NCBI GenBank assembly: GCA_028534125.1
Contig: CM052818.1
Coordinates: forward strand, 34,970,001 to 35,034,000
DNA: 64,000 nucleotides
From: Lama glama
Lineage: Eukaryota
Direction of reading: 5' to 3'
Shown: one piece after another, positions 24,501 through 38,691 of the stretch
How positions within the stretch are numbered: the first letter of the stretch is position 1
How the letters are laid out: the number at the start of each line of letters is the position of its first letter
Made by a program: the position numbers and the translations under genes
Notes under the pieces: model-generated
What the model saw: the letters and a program-made list of their open reading frames with translations, nothing else
The model's database searches: none
Told to the model about the DNA's origin: nothing

Positions 24501-26339
24501 TCCATAATTAAACCTTTCATTTAATTCTCTGGTCTAGATGTTATAGTTGTGCTTTCTTTCCTGGTCCAAGATTTTTTTTTGGTGTAGGGATTAAAAACAA
24601 TTTTAATGACTTTTTTTTTGTGGTTTTATTGCATTACAATCAGAATGTAAGCTTGAACACATTATAGGTTTTGTAATTATTGAGGTTTCCAAATAAACAG
24701 GCAGTTTTTCTAACAATTCCATTAGTGATTGGGAGAAAGGGTAGACTTTTCTTTGAAGAACTTAAAGTTTGATATATCTTAGAAATCACCCTTACTGGAT
24801 TTATTATTCATATGCCCTTGTTTCTGTCTTGTAATCATAAATGAGAAATGTAGTAGATGGAAGGTTGGGATAAGAGATACACCCTGACTTTAATTAGGAT
24901 CTATGATTGCTGTACCAATCCTAATTTTTAGTGTATGGTTTTTTTATTGGAAAATTTTATCAAGGATAGGCTAACAACCCTAGAATTTGGAACCTACTTT
25001 TTAGCTTAGACACAGAATCCTTTTATTGAAATTCTTTTGTAATAGTAACACATTATATTTGTAGAGCAGTACTGCCAGCATTGTTTCTTATTCCTATTCC
25101 TTCTCCTTTGTTGGCTGGACCATGAATGAAATCTTGATCTTCCAACATGGACAAGAGTTGAACAAATTAGTAATGTTATATAAGACAGATGAGACATGTA
25201 TTTTGAGCTGCTGAAATGTTCTAAGGGAATGTCTCAATATGTAAGTCCTTTAACTTTTTTGTTAGAGATTATTTTTGTGAGCTGTTGGCACTTTTAACTA
25301 ATTTCCCCTTTTCTCTCTTCTTGATTATCTGGCTAATAATCTGTCTTGTGGAAAGTTTTAAAACAAAAGTGTAAAGAAGCAGGAAAACATTATCTTAATT
25401 CTACCACAGAGAGGCATATTCTTAGTCATTTTGGGGCCAGAGTTCCCTTTTGGAGTTTAATGAAAGCTGTGGTTCTTCTCTCCAGAAAAAGATACAGGCA
25501 ATAAATACTGTATGTAATTCAAAAGGAATACATGGAATCCTGAAGCCAGCTGTGTGTCCTGTGGGCCTAGACTATAAGTTAATAATACTTACCTAAGGTA
25601 ATAATATCAACTTTTTGACATTTATTTCTAATCCATCTGTTTTTTCTTTACTTAATTGAAATCTTATTATGTATTCAATTTTGGATTTTTCTATGTCATA
25701 AGCATATACTCCTCATTGAAAACTCTGCTTAAAGATATCTTTAATGACAGTTATAATATCATTGTTTTCAATTTAGAAATAATTTACTGGGTTCTTTCCT
25801 ATGTTTCAGTTATTGTCTAACTGGAAGGCTATAAAGATAAAAAGGCCTGTGGTTTCTGCTTTGCTCTTAAACTAAAGACCTCTTTATGAGGGGAGTTAAA
25901 TTGATTTACTTTATTATCTTAATATTGGGAATTTAGATTATTTATTTTTATAACTGTTAAAATAATACTACAGTGAACACCTTTTGTGCCCAGATTTCTT
26001 GTATACTTCTGTTATTTTGCTTTTTGTAGATTGCTTAGAAGAAAAGTTGCTGGATAAGAGGATGTCAATCTTTGAAAGACCCTTAAAGTTACATGTTCAC
26101 CAAATTGCTTCCTAGAAAGGTGTGTCAGTTTACTTTCCCAGCTGTGTAGTGTGTAAGTGCCTGTTTTACTCAACCCTCAAAGGATTGAATATTACCAGTT
26201 TTCAAAATTTTTGCTATTTTGTTAGATGACATAAACTTTTATGTCTAGAAAGGAGTGGGAAAGTTGTGTCAGGTACAGAGAACAGCGTGAACAGAGGTGG
26301 GATGCTGGCAGTGAGTGTGTCCCAGAATACTGAAAGGTT

Positions 26340-27800
26340 GTTACAGTTTATTCCTTACACAGCTAGCACTCCAAGCGCACTCTTGTTACCAGCTTCTTGA
26401 GACAGAGGCTGTCAGCAGTCTCTGAAAAGGACTTAATTCAGGATGGTTAATGGAATAAACTGTATAGTCCGTGCTACAACAGCTGGTTCCAAGGCCATAT
26501 GGCTGTTCATCATTTCCCTCCACACCTGTCCATTCTTGATTTCCTTCACCCTTGGACAGACTTCAGCTTATCTAGGTGGCTTGCCTGGTAGGGTGACCCA
26601 GACTATCATTCCTGAAGGGTCTGAGCCCCTGTCTGCCTTTCCTTTATCATGCCTTTGCCTTATGCTGCAGTTGCCTGTTATTATAGGCTTGGAAGCACTG
26701 ACACCTTGGGGTTAGTTACCCTGACATTATGATAACTCCTTTTTAATTCCTTTTTTTTTTTTGCCTCCTGGTCCACCAGCAAGAGGAGCCCAAAGTTGTT
26801 AACTACAGATTCACATTAAGTCGTCTGATTAAAAATATTTCCCCTTGGGAATAAAGATCTCTAATCCTAGCAGAGCCTGAAGTTGCAGGAATGGAAAATA
26901 GGTTTTTTAATTTGGTCACTGGGGTTATGGGAACCAATCCTATTTCCTCTCACACCTTTGTACTATACTTTCAGAATGCATTTGTTTCTTCTTGGAGACC
27001 AATCTTATGTTCTATCAGGCTTACTCCTTCTTGGTGGTGCAGTGTACGGTGAGATCAGGGCTCAGTGCCTATTGTTAGATTTTCTTCTTTGTGAAAGAGA
27101 GTCACTTGGTCTGAGGTAGTGTTATTCCCCATGTTGGTAAATTAGGTACGTTTGGATGGTGGTACTGTTGGCTGAGGTACTGAAGGCAGGGAAGGCAAAC
27201 TTACCAGAATGGTTGTCAATGCTGGTAAGGGCTAATTGCTGCCCCCTCAGGGTGGAGGAGGTCTGGTGTCATCAACTTGCCATCTAGATGGTTAGCTCAT
27301 CTCTTTGAAGGATTGTAACAGATAGGGGGCTCAGAGTTTGCCTTTGCTGATGCAGAGTTGGACACTCAGCAGCAACAGTAGCTAAGCTATGTCATTTTTG
27401 GTGAGAAGAAGGCTTTGCTGATGGGCTCACACATAGCCTTTATCCCTGTCACTGTGACTTCTTCATTTGTGGACCTATCGCATGCATACAGGGTAGTTTA
27501 TGACAGGATCTGGAGCATTTATTCACTACCAGCTCCACTCTCACTCTCCAGTGGTTGATTTAGGATTGCTAACTCCAGCAAGGATGCCAACTCCTGTGCT
27601 CTTCTGGGCTACCCTGCTGCTGTTTGGGCTCCCTGGGCTTCAGAGAAGTGTCCGAGGCAGAAAAGTGAAGAGACTTATGGACCCATGAGATAGGCTACTC
27701 TCAGCATGGGGTGGGATACTGTCATTATAAGTGAGGACTGCCTGTAGGAACTGTGGCTGAATTCATCCATGGGCTGAGGAGATGTGATACAAGGCACCAG
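26340..27800 (-). mobile_element. degenerate ERVL internal (pol-region) fragment
   Basis: Higher-GC block with ERVL-like antisense motifs (ggtccaccagcaagaggagcccaaag; gcatggggtgggatactgtcattat); no intact ORF. Confidence 0.5.
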
Positions 27801-28677
27801 TTGTTTTGGTTGTATATGATGCAAAAGATGGGAAGCAGCTCCAGTCCATCATTAGGACACTGGTTAAATAAATTGTGGTATAGCCACACAACGGAATATC
27901 ATGCAGCTGTAAAAAAGTAGATGCTTTCTATAGAAACATAAAGACCTCTGAGATGTATTAAATGAAAAAGGTCATGTGTTGAATATCGTGTATGACTTGC
28001 CTTTTGTTTGCAAAAGTGAGAAAATAAAAATATATTTGCATTTGTTTATGATTAATTTTAGAAGGATACACAGGAAACTCCAAAGTGTCTGAGGAGGGGA
28101 TTGCTGAGAACGGGAGGGAGGAGGACATGGGGAAGGAGATGGGGAGAATGGGAAGGGATAGAAAATGAGGGAAATGAAACTTTTTACTTAACTGCTTTTA
28201 TTTATTTATTTTTTTTAACGTATTACCTGTTTGGTTTGGTTTGGTTTGGTTTTGTAATTGAAACCACCCTGGTGAAGTATTTATTAATAGGATTGAATTT
28301 TATTTTCCATGTGACTATATAAACTAAATGCTCTCATGTCTTTTGAGCTGAACTAATCAAATAGGTATTAAATATTCCCATGCCTGTCAGCTTGTCACTC
28401 AGTTCTTATCTTAAGTGTTGGATAGTCACTGAGCCTCACTTTTCAGTTGAACTCTCTTCCCATTGATCATCAAACTTACCACCTTGTTTTATTTTGTTAT
28501 TGTACTTATCACTATCTGAAAAATGTTTCTGCTTACATATTTATTGTCTATTTCTACATTAGAATACTAAGTTCCCTAAAAGCAAGGATTTGCTGTATGT
28601 TGTTCACCATTTCTTGGCATCCTGTTTTTATTTTTTGTGTGATGGATTCAATGGATGTGGTATCTTTTCCTCTAAGG

Positions 28678-28680
28678 ATG

Positions 28681-28715
<35 letters not shown>
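28678..28715. repeat. (GATT)n microsatellite
   Basis: Tandem gatt units read directly. Confidence 0.9.
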
Positions 28716-28716
<1 letters not shown>

Positions 28717-29439
28717 TTGCAAACAAAGTACTTATATTCTTTCTTCTCCTCACTACCCTCTCCTTCCTGCCCCCAGACCTCTCTGTTGGTTATCACTTCA
28801 CTGGCTCTGATGTTTTGGTCACTTCAGGTATTAAAACAGTCTGATTCTCAGATATGAATAAGCTGACTTTAATACAAATCATAACTTCCAGCCAACCCAT
28901 TTTCAGGTTCCTTTTTTTCCCTTAATTTGTGCTTCTCTTGAATTTCACCATTTCTACATTTTGTTTTAATTTCATTAAATATCAACTTATTGAGGTGTAA
29001 TTTCCATGTAATACAATGCATACATTTTTAAGTGTACAGCTGAATTCATTTTGACAAATGTATACACCTGTATAACGACCATCCTAGTCAAGATACGGAA
29101 CATTTCTATTCATTTCCCTTTGTAGATTTGACAAAGCTTGTTAGTCCATATGTGTTATATTATTTTATAGTTTCTTCCATATTTGAAATATTGCATAAGT
29201 TTTAAAGTAAGAGTTAAATGTTCTTTACCTCTGTTTCCACAGTTCTTTATATCTTCTTACTATTTCTTCTCTCATTATAGTTGTCCATCTTTCCCTTTCC
29301 CTGCTCACCCTCCACCCTGGTTGTGAACTCCAGAGGTTGTTTCTTATTCATCTTTGTATCTCCAGGTTTTGGCACTTAAGAAGCACTGAGTAAATGTTTG
29401 TTACAGTAAGAGTTAATTTTAGGAGTAGTGTGGATGTGT

Positions 29440-29700
29440 AACTGACTGAGGCAGTATAGCTTAATGCTTAGGAGCAAAGAGCTTTGTCCTCCATCACTTA
29501 CTAGCTGATGTGACCTTGGACAAAGTACTTGTTTTCTCTCTGCCTCAGTTTTCACATCTGAAAAAAATACCACAGTGGTTATCCACCTCATAGACTTACT
29601 GTAAAGGTTAAACGAGCTAATATATGTAAAGTACTTAGAACAGTATCTGACACTTAAATGCTAGACTAGTATTAACTGTTATTGTTATTGTTATTAATTC
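29440..29700 (+). mobile_element. MIR
   Basis: tgtgaccttggacaaagtactt...tctctgcctcagttttcacatctgaaaa...gtaaagtacttagaacagtatctgacac. Confidence 0.8.
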
Positions 29701-32700
29701 TTCAGAGTTTGGGGGGAACTAGGTGTTGAGAACTTTTTTTGGCTGAACCAAGGAGTGTGTATAACATTCTTGGATAATCAGGTAAGAATCTAAGCTAGCA
29801 GATTAGAATGTCTTGATAGAGCGGTTCAGAATTGAGGGACCTTTAGGTAAAACTATACCTCTGAGTTTACAAAGCCAGCCTCTGTAATCTTCTCTGAATA
29901 TCCATAGCTGCTTTTCTGTTATAGATTTGTATTGAAATATTCTCAACTCCTTCTTACATTCAGGTTTCTGCTTCTGAATCTACATACGTATTTATGTTTG
30001 CACTTACCTTTCATCCTTCTTGCATGTTGGGGGGAAAAAGGCGTTTTTACTATTGTCTAAAGCCAGTCCTGCCACCTGTGTTCCTCATTCCATCAGTATT
30101 TTAGACCTATCCTGTGAAAGGTACTAAAGGATCCTACATGAACAAGACCTTCATGGAGCTTATGTACCAAGGGGCAAGACAGATGATTTAAAATGCAATG
30201 ATAATAAATACAAGTGTGATAAGCCCTACTGGGGTATATGGAGTTCTACTGTAGGAACAATGGTTTTTGAAACCACAGGAGTATGAAAATGCCCAATGAG
30301 AGCAGAAATTGAGATAAGAAGAGAGTCTTGAGGAAGATCAATGTTCAAAATTGTGGGGAATGAAAAGTTGCTGGTGGAGAGGTAGGAGGGAAACAAGAAG
30401 GAGAGTCTGGTGTCACAGAAGCTGAACAGAGGAGTGCATCTCAGGACAGCGGTAGTTAGTGATCAGCAGATACTGCTCAGCAGCCCGGTAAGGTCTTTTC
30501 CCTCTTTTCAGATATTTGGCTCTATCGGTTGTTCCTCTTGTTTAAATTTTATGTTTCCTTATTATTACCTGTTCCTATTATTCCTGTTATCACCTGTTCA
30601 GCTCCTGAACTCACCTCGTGTTTGTGTAGAGATTTTGGTAGGTGAGGGATACTGCATCGTCTGAATTCATTTGTTTCTGAGTGTCAAATTAAGTAGCACA
30701 AGTTTGGATAAAGAGAAATTTGTCAAACTATCTGTGTGTTTGCCTCTCATCTAGGGATGGGGAGAGTTGGTATAGCTAGGGATACTTGTGTTTCCTTTCA
30801 CTTTGGTTCACTGAAACTTGTTCAGGTCCATTTGGCAAAACAATTATTCCTTGACTCCACGTTTTCCTTCACTGTTCTACGAAGAGTTGTTTTAACTTCT
30901 TGTGCCTCTGGACCTCCCATTCAGTGCTGACCCCCCTCAAGTTTGATTTCTTCCCTCGTGATTAAATGGAATCTGAACTTGTAAAGCTATGAGCTCATTG
31001 TTGCTATATACAATGGATTTTGAAGTTGCTGTCTCAACTTCTAGGCAGTTTTTGACATTGCTCACTACTTCATCCTTCTTAAAATGCTTTTGTGCTTTCT
31101 GAGGCCCATATTCTTCTGGTTTTCCTTTGGTCATTTCTTAGTTTATTTGCTAACTTTTTTTCTCTTAAATATTGGTATATTTTTTCTCCAGCATAGACTC
31201 TCATCCCTTCTCATTCTGCATGTTTCCTGGGTGATGTCATTCACTACTGTGACATTAAATTAAAGCTTTTGGACAGTAAATGAGCCATATGACACTAATA
31301 TGAATCTGAAGATTACCATGTTTTTATCGGTACATTTTAAATGTAACATAAAATCTAGATTACACAAAATTCAGGTTCTGTGTATCTGGAATGAACTCAT
31401 AAGTGCAGCAGTAATTGAAATGTTGAGGTTATTTAGGCTAGAGTCAAACTCAAATGTTAGGGGCTGTTTACATTATTTTTGAATACTCAAAGTATAAATT
31501 TTATATCCTTTTTTAGCTGGATGTGAGAATCTACAAGTAAAGAAATGTGTTAAGCATGCTTTAAACAACATGTATTTTATCATACTTTGATTCTGTGTAG
31601 TGTTGATTTTAGTTCTTTTGAACAGTTAATTCAGTTTGTCATAAAGTAGTTTCCAAAAATTGTTTTGAAGTTCCGTGAACAATTACAATGGAATGGTTTT
31701 TTGTTTGATAAACACTGCCCTCCTGTGGTTAAAATAAACTAAATGTTTTATGAAACTACTAGGGTCTTTCCACTTAGATTAACCTGTGGTAAATGATGTA
31801 ATAGTAATGCAATACAGTAATAGTATTGTAATGGTAATATAATGGAGTATCGTAGTTTTGCTCAGAAATATATGTGGCCATTTTGTTTTCCTCTCCATTT
31901 CTCCCTTTTGGGTTTCTCTAGTGTGTCTGCACATTTTTCTCAATGTTTATGTACATTTTCTTATTAAAAATTAAGTGAATTTAAAGAGTTAAATGTAGAT
32001 GGAAAAATATTAAGCTATTGAAGGGAGGGAAACTACACTTAAGTGTGGAAGTGCTAAAAGAAAAGACCAATAAGTTATAGTAATACAGCTTCCATGGAAA
32101 AACAACAGTAATAAAAAGATGAAGAATAAACTGGGAAAAGTGTTTGCAGTGAAAGTTTTAATATTTTTAATATGAAAAACAGAGCTTATACAAATGGCCT
32201 ATATACATGTGGATAATGGCTATGAATAATCAGTTTACAAGTGAGGAAATAGAATAATCAAATCACAAAATATATTAAAATTTATAATGGTATTCCATAA
32301 AGTGGTATTCATGATATTCTTAATGATACTTCAGACAAACGAAAAAGCCATCTTCACTTGTCACCTTTGGAGTATACTAGAAAAATCAGTTAATTATTCT
32401 GAGAATTAGTAAACAAAAGGACAGAATCAAGCACTTACCCTGCTTTTTTTCTACATGAATTGTATGTACTTCAGATAACCAAGTAGTAGATAGAAGAAAG
32501 CATTTCTTTTCAGAAGGATTCTAGCTTACAAATGAAGAAGGAAAGATAGACTGTCACCATTTTTCAACACCTAAATAAAATGAATCTAAGTAGAGATCAT
32601 CAGTGGCTACTAAAACAGGTTGGAATGCTGATGGGAAACTTTGAAATGGGTGGATCAGGAGGACTGTCTTGATTTATCATGACGTCTCAAAAAAAGAGAC

Positions 32701-33472
32701 CACAGATACTTTGGCGTGTTCTGATGTGGTGTGATAGGAAGTATACAACACTCCCTGTGAAGTTTTTTTTTTTTCCCCTAAACTAAAATCTGAATCTGAG
32801 CAACCCTCTAGTAATTCTAATTTTTATGACTGCCTTTTGAGTCTAGGCTGAGTGGTCCCAGGGGAAACAAAACTAGGAAACTTCCTGCTAGGTTAATAGT
32901 ACTTGTAGTTGTGGTTCCCTCCCCAAGCCAACTGCTACCATTTTCAGAGTCCTCAGGTAGCTGCTACATGCATTCTGTCCAGGTTTTTAGCTGTACTCAG
33001 TGGGGGAGACAGGATAAACTATGCTTAACGTCGTCTCTACCAGAGTCAGAACACAGATACCATTGTAATTTCATTATAACTGTTTTGGTAATTTGTTTTG
33101 GTTAAGAAATTACTGAGCATCCAAGATGTACTAAACTTTGCTGGAAATTTAAATATGGATAATCTTTAAGGTGCCTCCAGTAAGTTTACAGGTAGGCATA
33201 TGATGCAGGGGTTGGAGGCAGAGAATAAACATAATATCATATTATGCATTAACAATAATTCAATTATTAATCTTATTTTTAAAATTTATTTCTGCTTAAG
33301 GATTTGATTAGAGAAGAGCCTATTTGTATTACATTAATTTTTTGCTTATTATCCTAAAATATAAGGGATGAAAAGTCTCTGAATTTGTATGTGCTGGATG
33401 AAGTTAGTACATAGTTGTAATAAGAATAAGAAATACAATTATGTATGTAATTATAATAAGAACTTAAAATAA

Positions 33473-33592
<120 letters not shown>

Positions 33593-34254
33593 TGAGTTAT
33601 TTAAACATTATTAGTAATTATAATACTTGATTAGAGTATTTTGTTGTATATAGTTGTATACTTTAGTCCTGAAGGTTGGTTATTTAGTAATAACTCTTTG
33701 TTAATGTATGATTTATTCAGTTGTCAGATCTTTGGAGTTTTCAGTCATAGCACAATTACAAAACCAGAAGTAAGTTAGAAGGTAGCTATCTTCACACCCA
33801 TGCACTTTAATTCTTAGGAAGGCCTGGAGCCATCTTCAAGCCTTCATCTATCAGTTCAGGCTTTTGATTTAGTAATTTTGGTCATTAGCAAATGGAAAGT
33901 ATTCTAGTTCAGGAAGAATGGTAGATTTAGACAGTTTAGGAAGAAATAATCTTGGCCAAAAATAATTAAATGGAAGGTTATATAAAGCAGTATATATTTC
34001 AAGTAGCTCTCTTACTGTGTTCAAATAAAACAGCCTGAGGTCAGTTAATACAGGTCCAAACATAAAACACACTTTAATTTCTAAGAGCTTTATTATATTG
34101 TAGTAGCACATAATGGTCACTGTTCATAGTCAAGACCTTCTGTCATCAAGAAATGTTAAAATTATGTTTAATATACTTTATATGTTAAGGCAGAAATCTG
34201 GGTGCCTGCATTTAGAGATATTTTCATTAATAGAGAAAAAGGTTGCGGTGTTAC

Positions 34255-34470
34255 TAGTTGTTCTCAGCTAGGGGTTGATATTGTGTAACACCTATAGGGA
34301 AAGTATTCAGGATTTTGTGGGGCTATTTTTGGTTGTTACAGTGACTAGAAAGGAGGGAGCACTATGGCATTAACAGGCGCAGGAACAGGATGCTAAGTGC
34401 CTTTCTTGTGCAGCACAGTCCTTCACATTCACCTTAGATGCCAATGGTGTTCTTATTGAGAAATAGTGAG
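34255..34470. mobile_element. MER20-like hAT-Charlie MITE
   Basis: gttctcagctagggg...ttttggttgttacagtgact...caggatgctaag...gccaatggtgttcttattgagaaa. Confidence 0.55.
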
Positions 34471-34472
34471 CT

Positions 34473-34572
34473 CAAGGGTGGGGTATAGCTCAGTGGTAGA
34501 GCATGTGCTCACAGGAGGTTCTGGATTTAATCCCCAGTACTACCATTAAAAAAATAAAACTAAATTAAAAAA
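34473..34572 (+). mobile_element. tRNA-derived camelid-type SINE (short form)
   Basis: ggggtatagctcagtggtagagc head and A-tail. 14-bp TSD agaaatagtgagct at 34459-34472 and 34573-34586. Confidence 0.9.
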
Positions 34573-35537
34573 AGAAATAGTGAGCTATATTGAAATATTT
34601 GTAGATGGACAACAGTATTTTTTTTGATAAATAGCTATTGCATATTCCAGATTTTAATTCTTATTTTCTTTAACATGAAATTCAATTTGAGATTTTTTAA
34701 TTGACACTTCTTTGCTAATGCAATTAAAATTTTTTTGGTTCTGACTTGTGGCCAAATGTCAGTAGGTTGGGAATAAATTAGGTTTGCTTTGTTAAGATGA
34801 AATAATTAAGTATAAATTAGTATAGCTCAATGAATAATTAATATGTCTGAAAAATTGTGTGAACATTTATAAATTAAAACATTAAAATGTATTTGAAAAA
34901 TTAGCTTTTAAACATATTTCTAAACTTTTAAGAATTAATCACTCAGTTTATTGATGACATCATTCAAAATTTTGTTTGAATTTGATTAGATTTATTAGGT
35001 TAAGATTAAAGTGTGATACTCATTTAATCACAGATCAGTTTATACAAGGCTACAAGGAGAAAATGATAGTGATTTTAGTTACTCTGAGGAACAAATTCTG
35101 TTAAGGTATTCTAATTTTTTTTATAATACTTTAAGGTTTTATAGGATAGGAATGAGCTAGAGATTTCGTTTCTTTTCATAAAATTAGAGTTTTGATACAC
35201 ACTGGGGACCAGGAAATCTGTTGTAAAGAGATCTGACTCCATCAGTGTGCCCTCAGTCTAAATGCCAATTGCAAGGTCATCCAACTCTAACACAGTAAAA
35301 CTGTGACTTTAAACTTGTCAGTGTATTTCTAGGGAGCAGGCAACAACAGTAAATAAGAAAGAATACTAAGTAAATAAAGAACAGAAGGGAAAGAGGAAGA
35401 ACTTAAAAAAAAGTAGCAAGATGGTGGAGTCAGAAAATGGCTTCTGGCTTCACTTTGTGACAGCTTAACAAGTAGCTATTCTTGGTTAAACTTTATTGTG
35501 GTGTTACAGTTATGTGACCACAGATCAGTACTTTTTA

Positions 35538-35784
35538 TTGTTTTGTTTTGTTTTTTGGTTTTTTTTTAATTTTATTTTTTATTTAATTTTATTTTTTTTT
35601 ACATTTTTATTGATTCATAATCATTTTACAGTGTTGTGTCAAATTCCAGTGTTCAGTACAATTTTTCAGTCATACATGGACATATACACACTCATTGTCA
35701 CATTTTTTTCTCTGTGATTTATCATAACATTTTGTGTATATTTCCCTGTGCTATACAGTGTAATCTTGTTTATCTGTTCTACAA
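35538..35784 (-). mobile_element. young 5'-truncated L1 3' end
   Basis: Long T-rich tail on +. Perfect 16-bp TSD agatcagtacttttta (35522-35537, 35785-35800). TTTTT/AA endonuclease-type site. Confidence 0.9.
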
Positions 35785-36719
35785 AGATCAGTACTTTTTA
35801 AAGTCACCAGTGACTTCTACTTTCTCACCTCCATGAGACTTTTAGTTGTTGCCTTTCTACGTCTCGCGTTATTTAACACAGATGACTACTTCCTTGAAAC
35901 TCTGAATCATTACCTGAAGGGACCACAAACATTCCTGCTTTCCTTCCTTCCTCTCTAAGCTCTCCTTCTCAGTTTTGTTTTTTGTTTTTTGCTCATTATC
36001 TGTTCTCTAACTGAGTGCAATTTTGTCCATCACTATAGCTTTTGTGTGTGTGTGTCAGTTTGGTTTTGTCAATTCCCAAATATGTAGGGAAGCTAGTTCC
36101 CACCTCAGCCTTTGTATGTGCTGACCCCTTTATTCAGTTAAATGTTTGTTTTTCTTTTTTTAAGGTGTCAGCTTGAATATGTTTTTTTCAGATTACTTTG
36201 GCTGACTTTCTGAGTTAGATTACATTTTCCTTTTCTAGTTTATTATAGTGTTCTGTATTTTTCCTTCATAGCACTTAAGATTTGAAATTACATATTGTTG
36301 TGATCTTAAAAAAATCATGTAGTTTCTATAACTTATATTAAGCTAGTAGCTCCATGAAAGCAGTGACATTATCTGCGTCCCCTCAAACCTGGCACGTAGT
36401 AGGTATTGAAAACCCATTTGTTAAATGAATATATGAAGTGTCAGTGATTGGAAGATCACATTCAAATGTATTTATAGCTTATTCTCTTGTTGTATGATAT
36501 GTCAAATGGTAGTCTCATAATCTTTGTAGTTTTCAGATAGACTATGGAATGAAAGAGATACTATGTTTATTGAAAATGTGCCTTACTGTTTTATTTTCGT
36601 TCCTCAATCCTCAGTGCATGGCTTTCAACTTTTTTCCCTTTGCAGTTTTCCCTCTGCCTCGCCATTTTGAAGAATCTTGCTTAATTTTGATTATTCCATA
36701 TTATATTATTTTATACTAT

Positions 36720-37150
36720 ATTAGAATGGAAACAGCTCAAATGTCCAACAAATAAATGGATACATAAAATGTGGTATATACATTCAGTGGAATATTACTT
36801 AGCCTTAAGGAATGAAATTCTGATACATACTATATAGATGAACCTTAAAAACATGCCAAGTGAAATAAGCCAGACACAAGAAGATAAATATTGTACACTT
36901 TCTTTTATGTGAGAATACCTAGAATAGAGACAAAGTGGAATAGAGGTTACCAGGGGCTAAGAGTAGGAGAGAATAGGGAGTTAGTTTAACTGGTGTAGAA
37001 ATTCTTTCTGGGATGATGAAAAAATTCTAGAAGTGGATAGTGGTAATGGTTGCACAACATTGTAAACGTACTTAATGCCTCTAAATTGTACACTTAAAAT
37101 GCTAACTTGTATATTATGTATATTTTGCCACAACCAACCAACAAAAAGAA
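36720..37150 (+). mobile_element. L1MB-like 3' end
   Basis: ggaaacagctcaaatgtccaaca...aaatgtggtatatacattcagtggaatatt...ggatagtggtaatggttgcacaacattgtaa. Confidence 0.8.
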
Positions 37151-37228
37151 GTATTAAAAATGAAGTGATTGGCTCTTGGATGAGAAAGATTGCGGTACTG
37201 GTCCCTTGAAGAAGTTAAGTGATAGGAT

Positions 37229-37299
37229 TGGAATTTGACACAGCATTTTAAAATGACTATAACTTAATTTAAAAATGTTTTTAAAATTTTTTAAAAAAA
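37229..37299 (+). mobile_element. short L1 3'-terminal fragment (same family as 35538-35784)
   Basis: tggaatttgacacagcattttaaaatgactataac aligns with the reverse complement of 35600-35648; no clear TSD. Confidence 0.6.
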
Positions 37300-38691
37300 T
37301 CATGTGCCTAAATTATGGAATTTTGAATGAATTAATTAGAAACATATACAATATTCTTAAAATATTATAACATTTAAATTAAATACTCTTTATAACTAAG
37401 CATATTAGCATTTAGAAAACAGGGAAAAAATAAGATCCTTGAATTTTACCCCCTCCAATAACTTATGACTTTGTGTATTCAATTTTTTTTTTTTTGATAC
37501 CTAAATGTACCCCTTTTAAAGATAGTTTAGTTTCCCATGGGAGTCATAGGGAAGAAAGCAAATGTGGATTTTGTTGTTTCAGGTAAAAGGGATGTTTTGG
37601 GGTATTCTAAAAGTAGGTTAGTTCTGTTTAGAAAAGATAAGATGTTAAAAGGGTTGGAGTAGCCCCTAGGAGGAAGAAAAGATTAAAAGATTTTTAAAAA
37701 AACAAAGAATTTGAGACTTGTTGGTTGTAACAGTTATTGATAATTTAGATAGGTGCTCTAACTGTGGAATTTGGCTATCTATAAAAACAAGTTAATTTCT
37801 ATACTGTTCACCAGTAAGTAGTTATTTCAGAAAATTAAAAATGTTTTTTAAAAATTTGTTTTGATATCAAATACAGAAATACAGCCTCATTGTTCTTGCT
37901 CTTAACTAATGACCACTTGGCAATAGTTCCCTAGGGTTGAGCTCTTCGACACATAATTGCTTGTTGCAAATTTGAAGTACTGTTAAAACCTTTTGAAAAA
38001 GTTCTGTAAGCTTTTAATCATTTGCATTTGTCTAGACAGTTTCCTTTTTAAAAAGTTAATAAATAGTTCATTGAGTTTACTTGGTTGAAACCCCCCCCAT
38101 TCTCGTTATAGCTGATGTGTTACTGATCCTAGATTATGCTGTACGTTTATGTGAATCCAAATATTGAAGGAGTAGTTAGCTGTTTTTGTTTCTCTCTCAC
38201 GACGCTTCACTAGAAATGAAATCCAGGATTTAGAGAGACAGATGTATCTACTTGATGCATTTCGGCTGGGTGTACTTCAGTTTCTTTCCAAGATTTTACT
38301 CAGGGTTTTATTTTACCTTGAATCAGTGTAACATGTATAGCAAATGGCTGACATTAGCCATCAATATTTAAAATAGCCTTTCAAAAACTTAAGATATTTC
38401 CTTTTTGTCTGAGGATGTAGATTTTACAGTTTACAGGAAAACTAACTCAGCGCCCCCCTTTCTTCCTATTTTCTCCTGACTGAAGTCCATACTTCTTCCT
38501 GTGATTACAGACTGCCCCCACTGATCATGGAATTCAAACCCTAGAGCAGTTCACACCCTAGTCTCACGAATATACTCATACAGCTTCATGGAGCTGTTTC
38601 TGGGCTTTGGGGCATTCTTTCTTTTTTTAAAAATCTTTTAAAATTTAGAGTTTGTAAAAGATGTTCTTTGCATCTTTGAGCTATATAGTTC

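Noticed and set aside
26443..27688. ORFs in the ERVL-like block
   Set aside because: They are on the strand opposite the inferred pol, short and fragmented; no intact retroviral gene.
34480..34540. tRNA-Ala-like sequences (GGGTATAGCTCAGTGGTAGAG) as tRNA genes
   Set aside because: Diverged arms, A-rich tails and TSDs show they are SINE copies.
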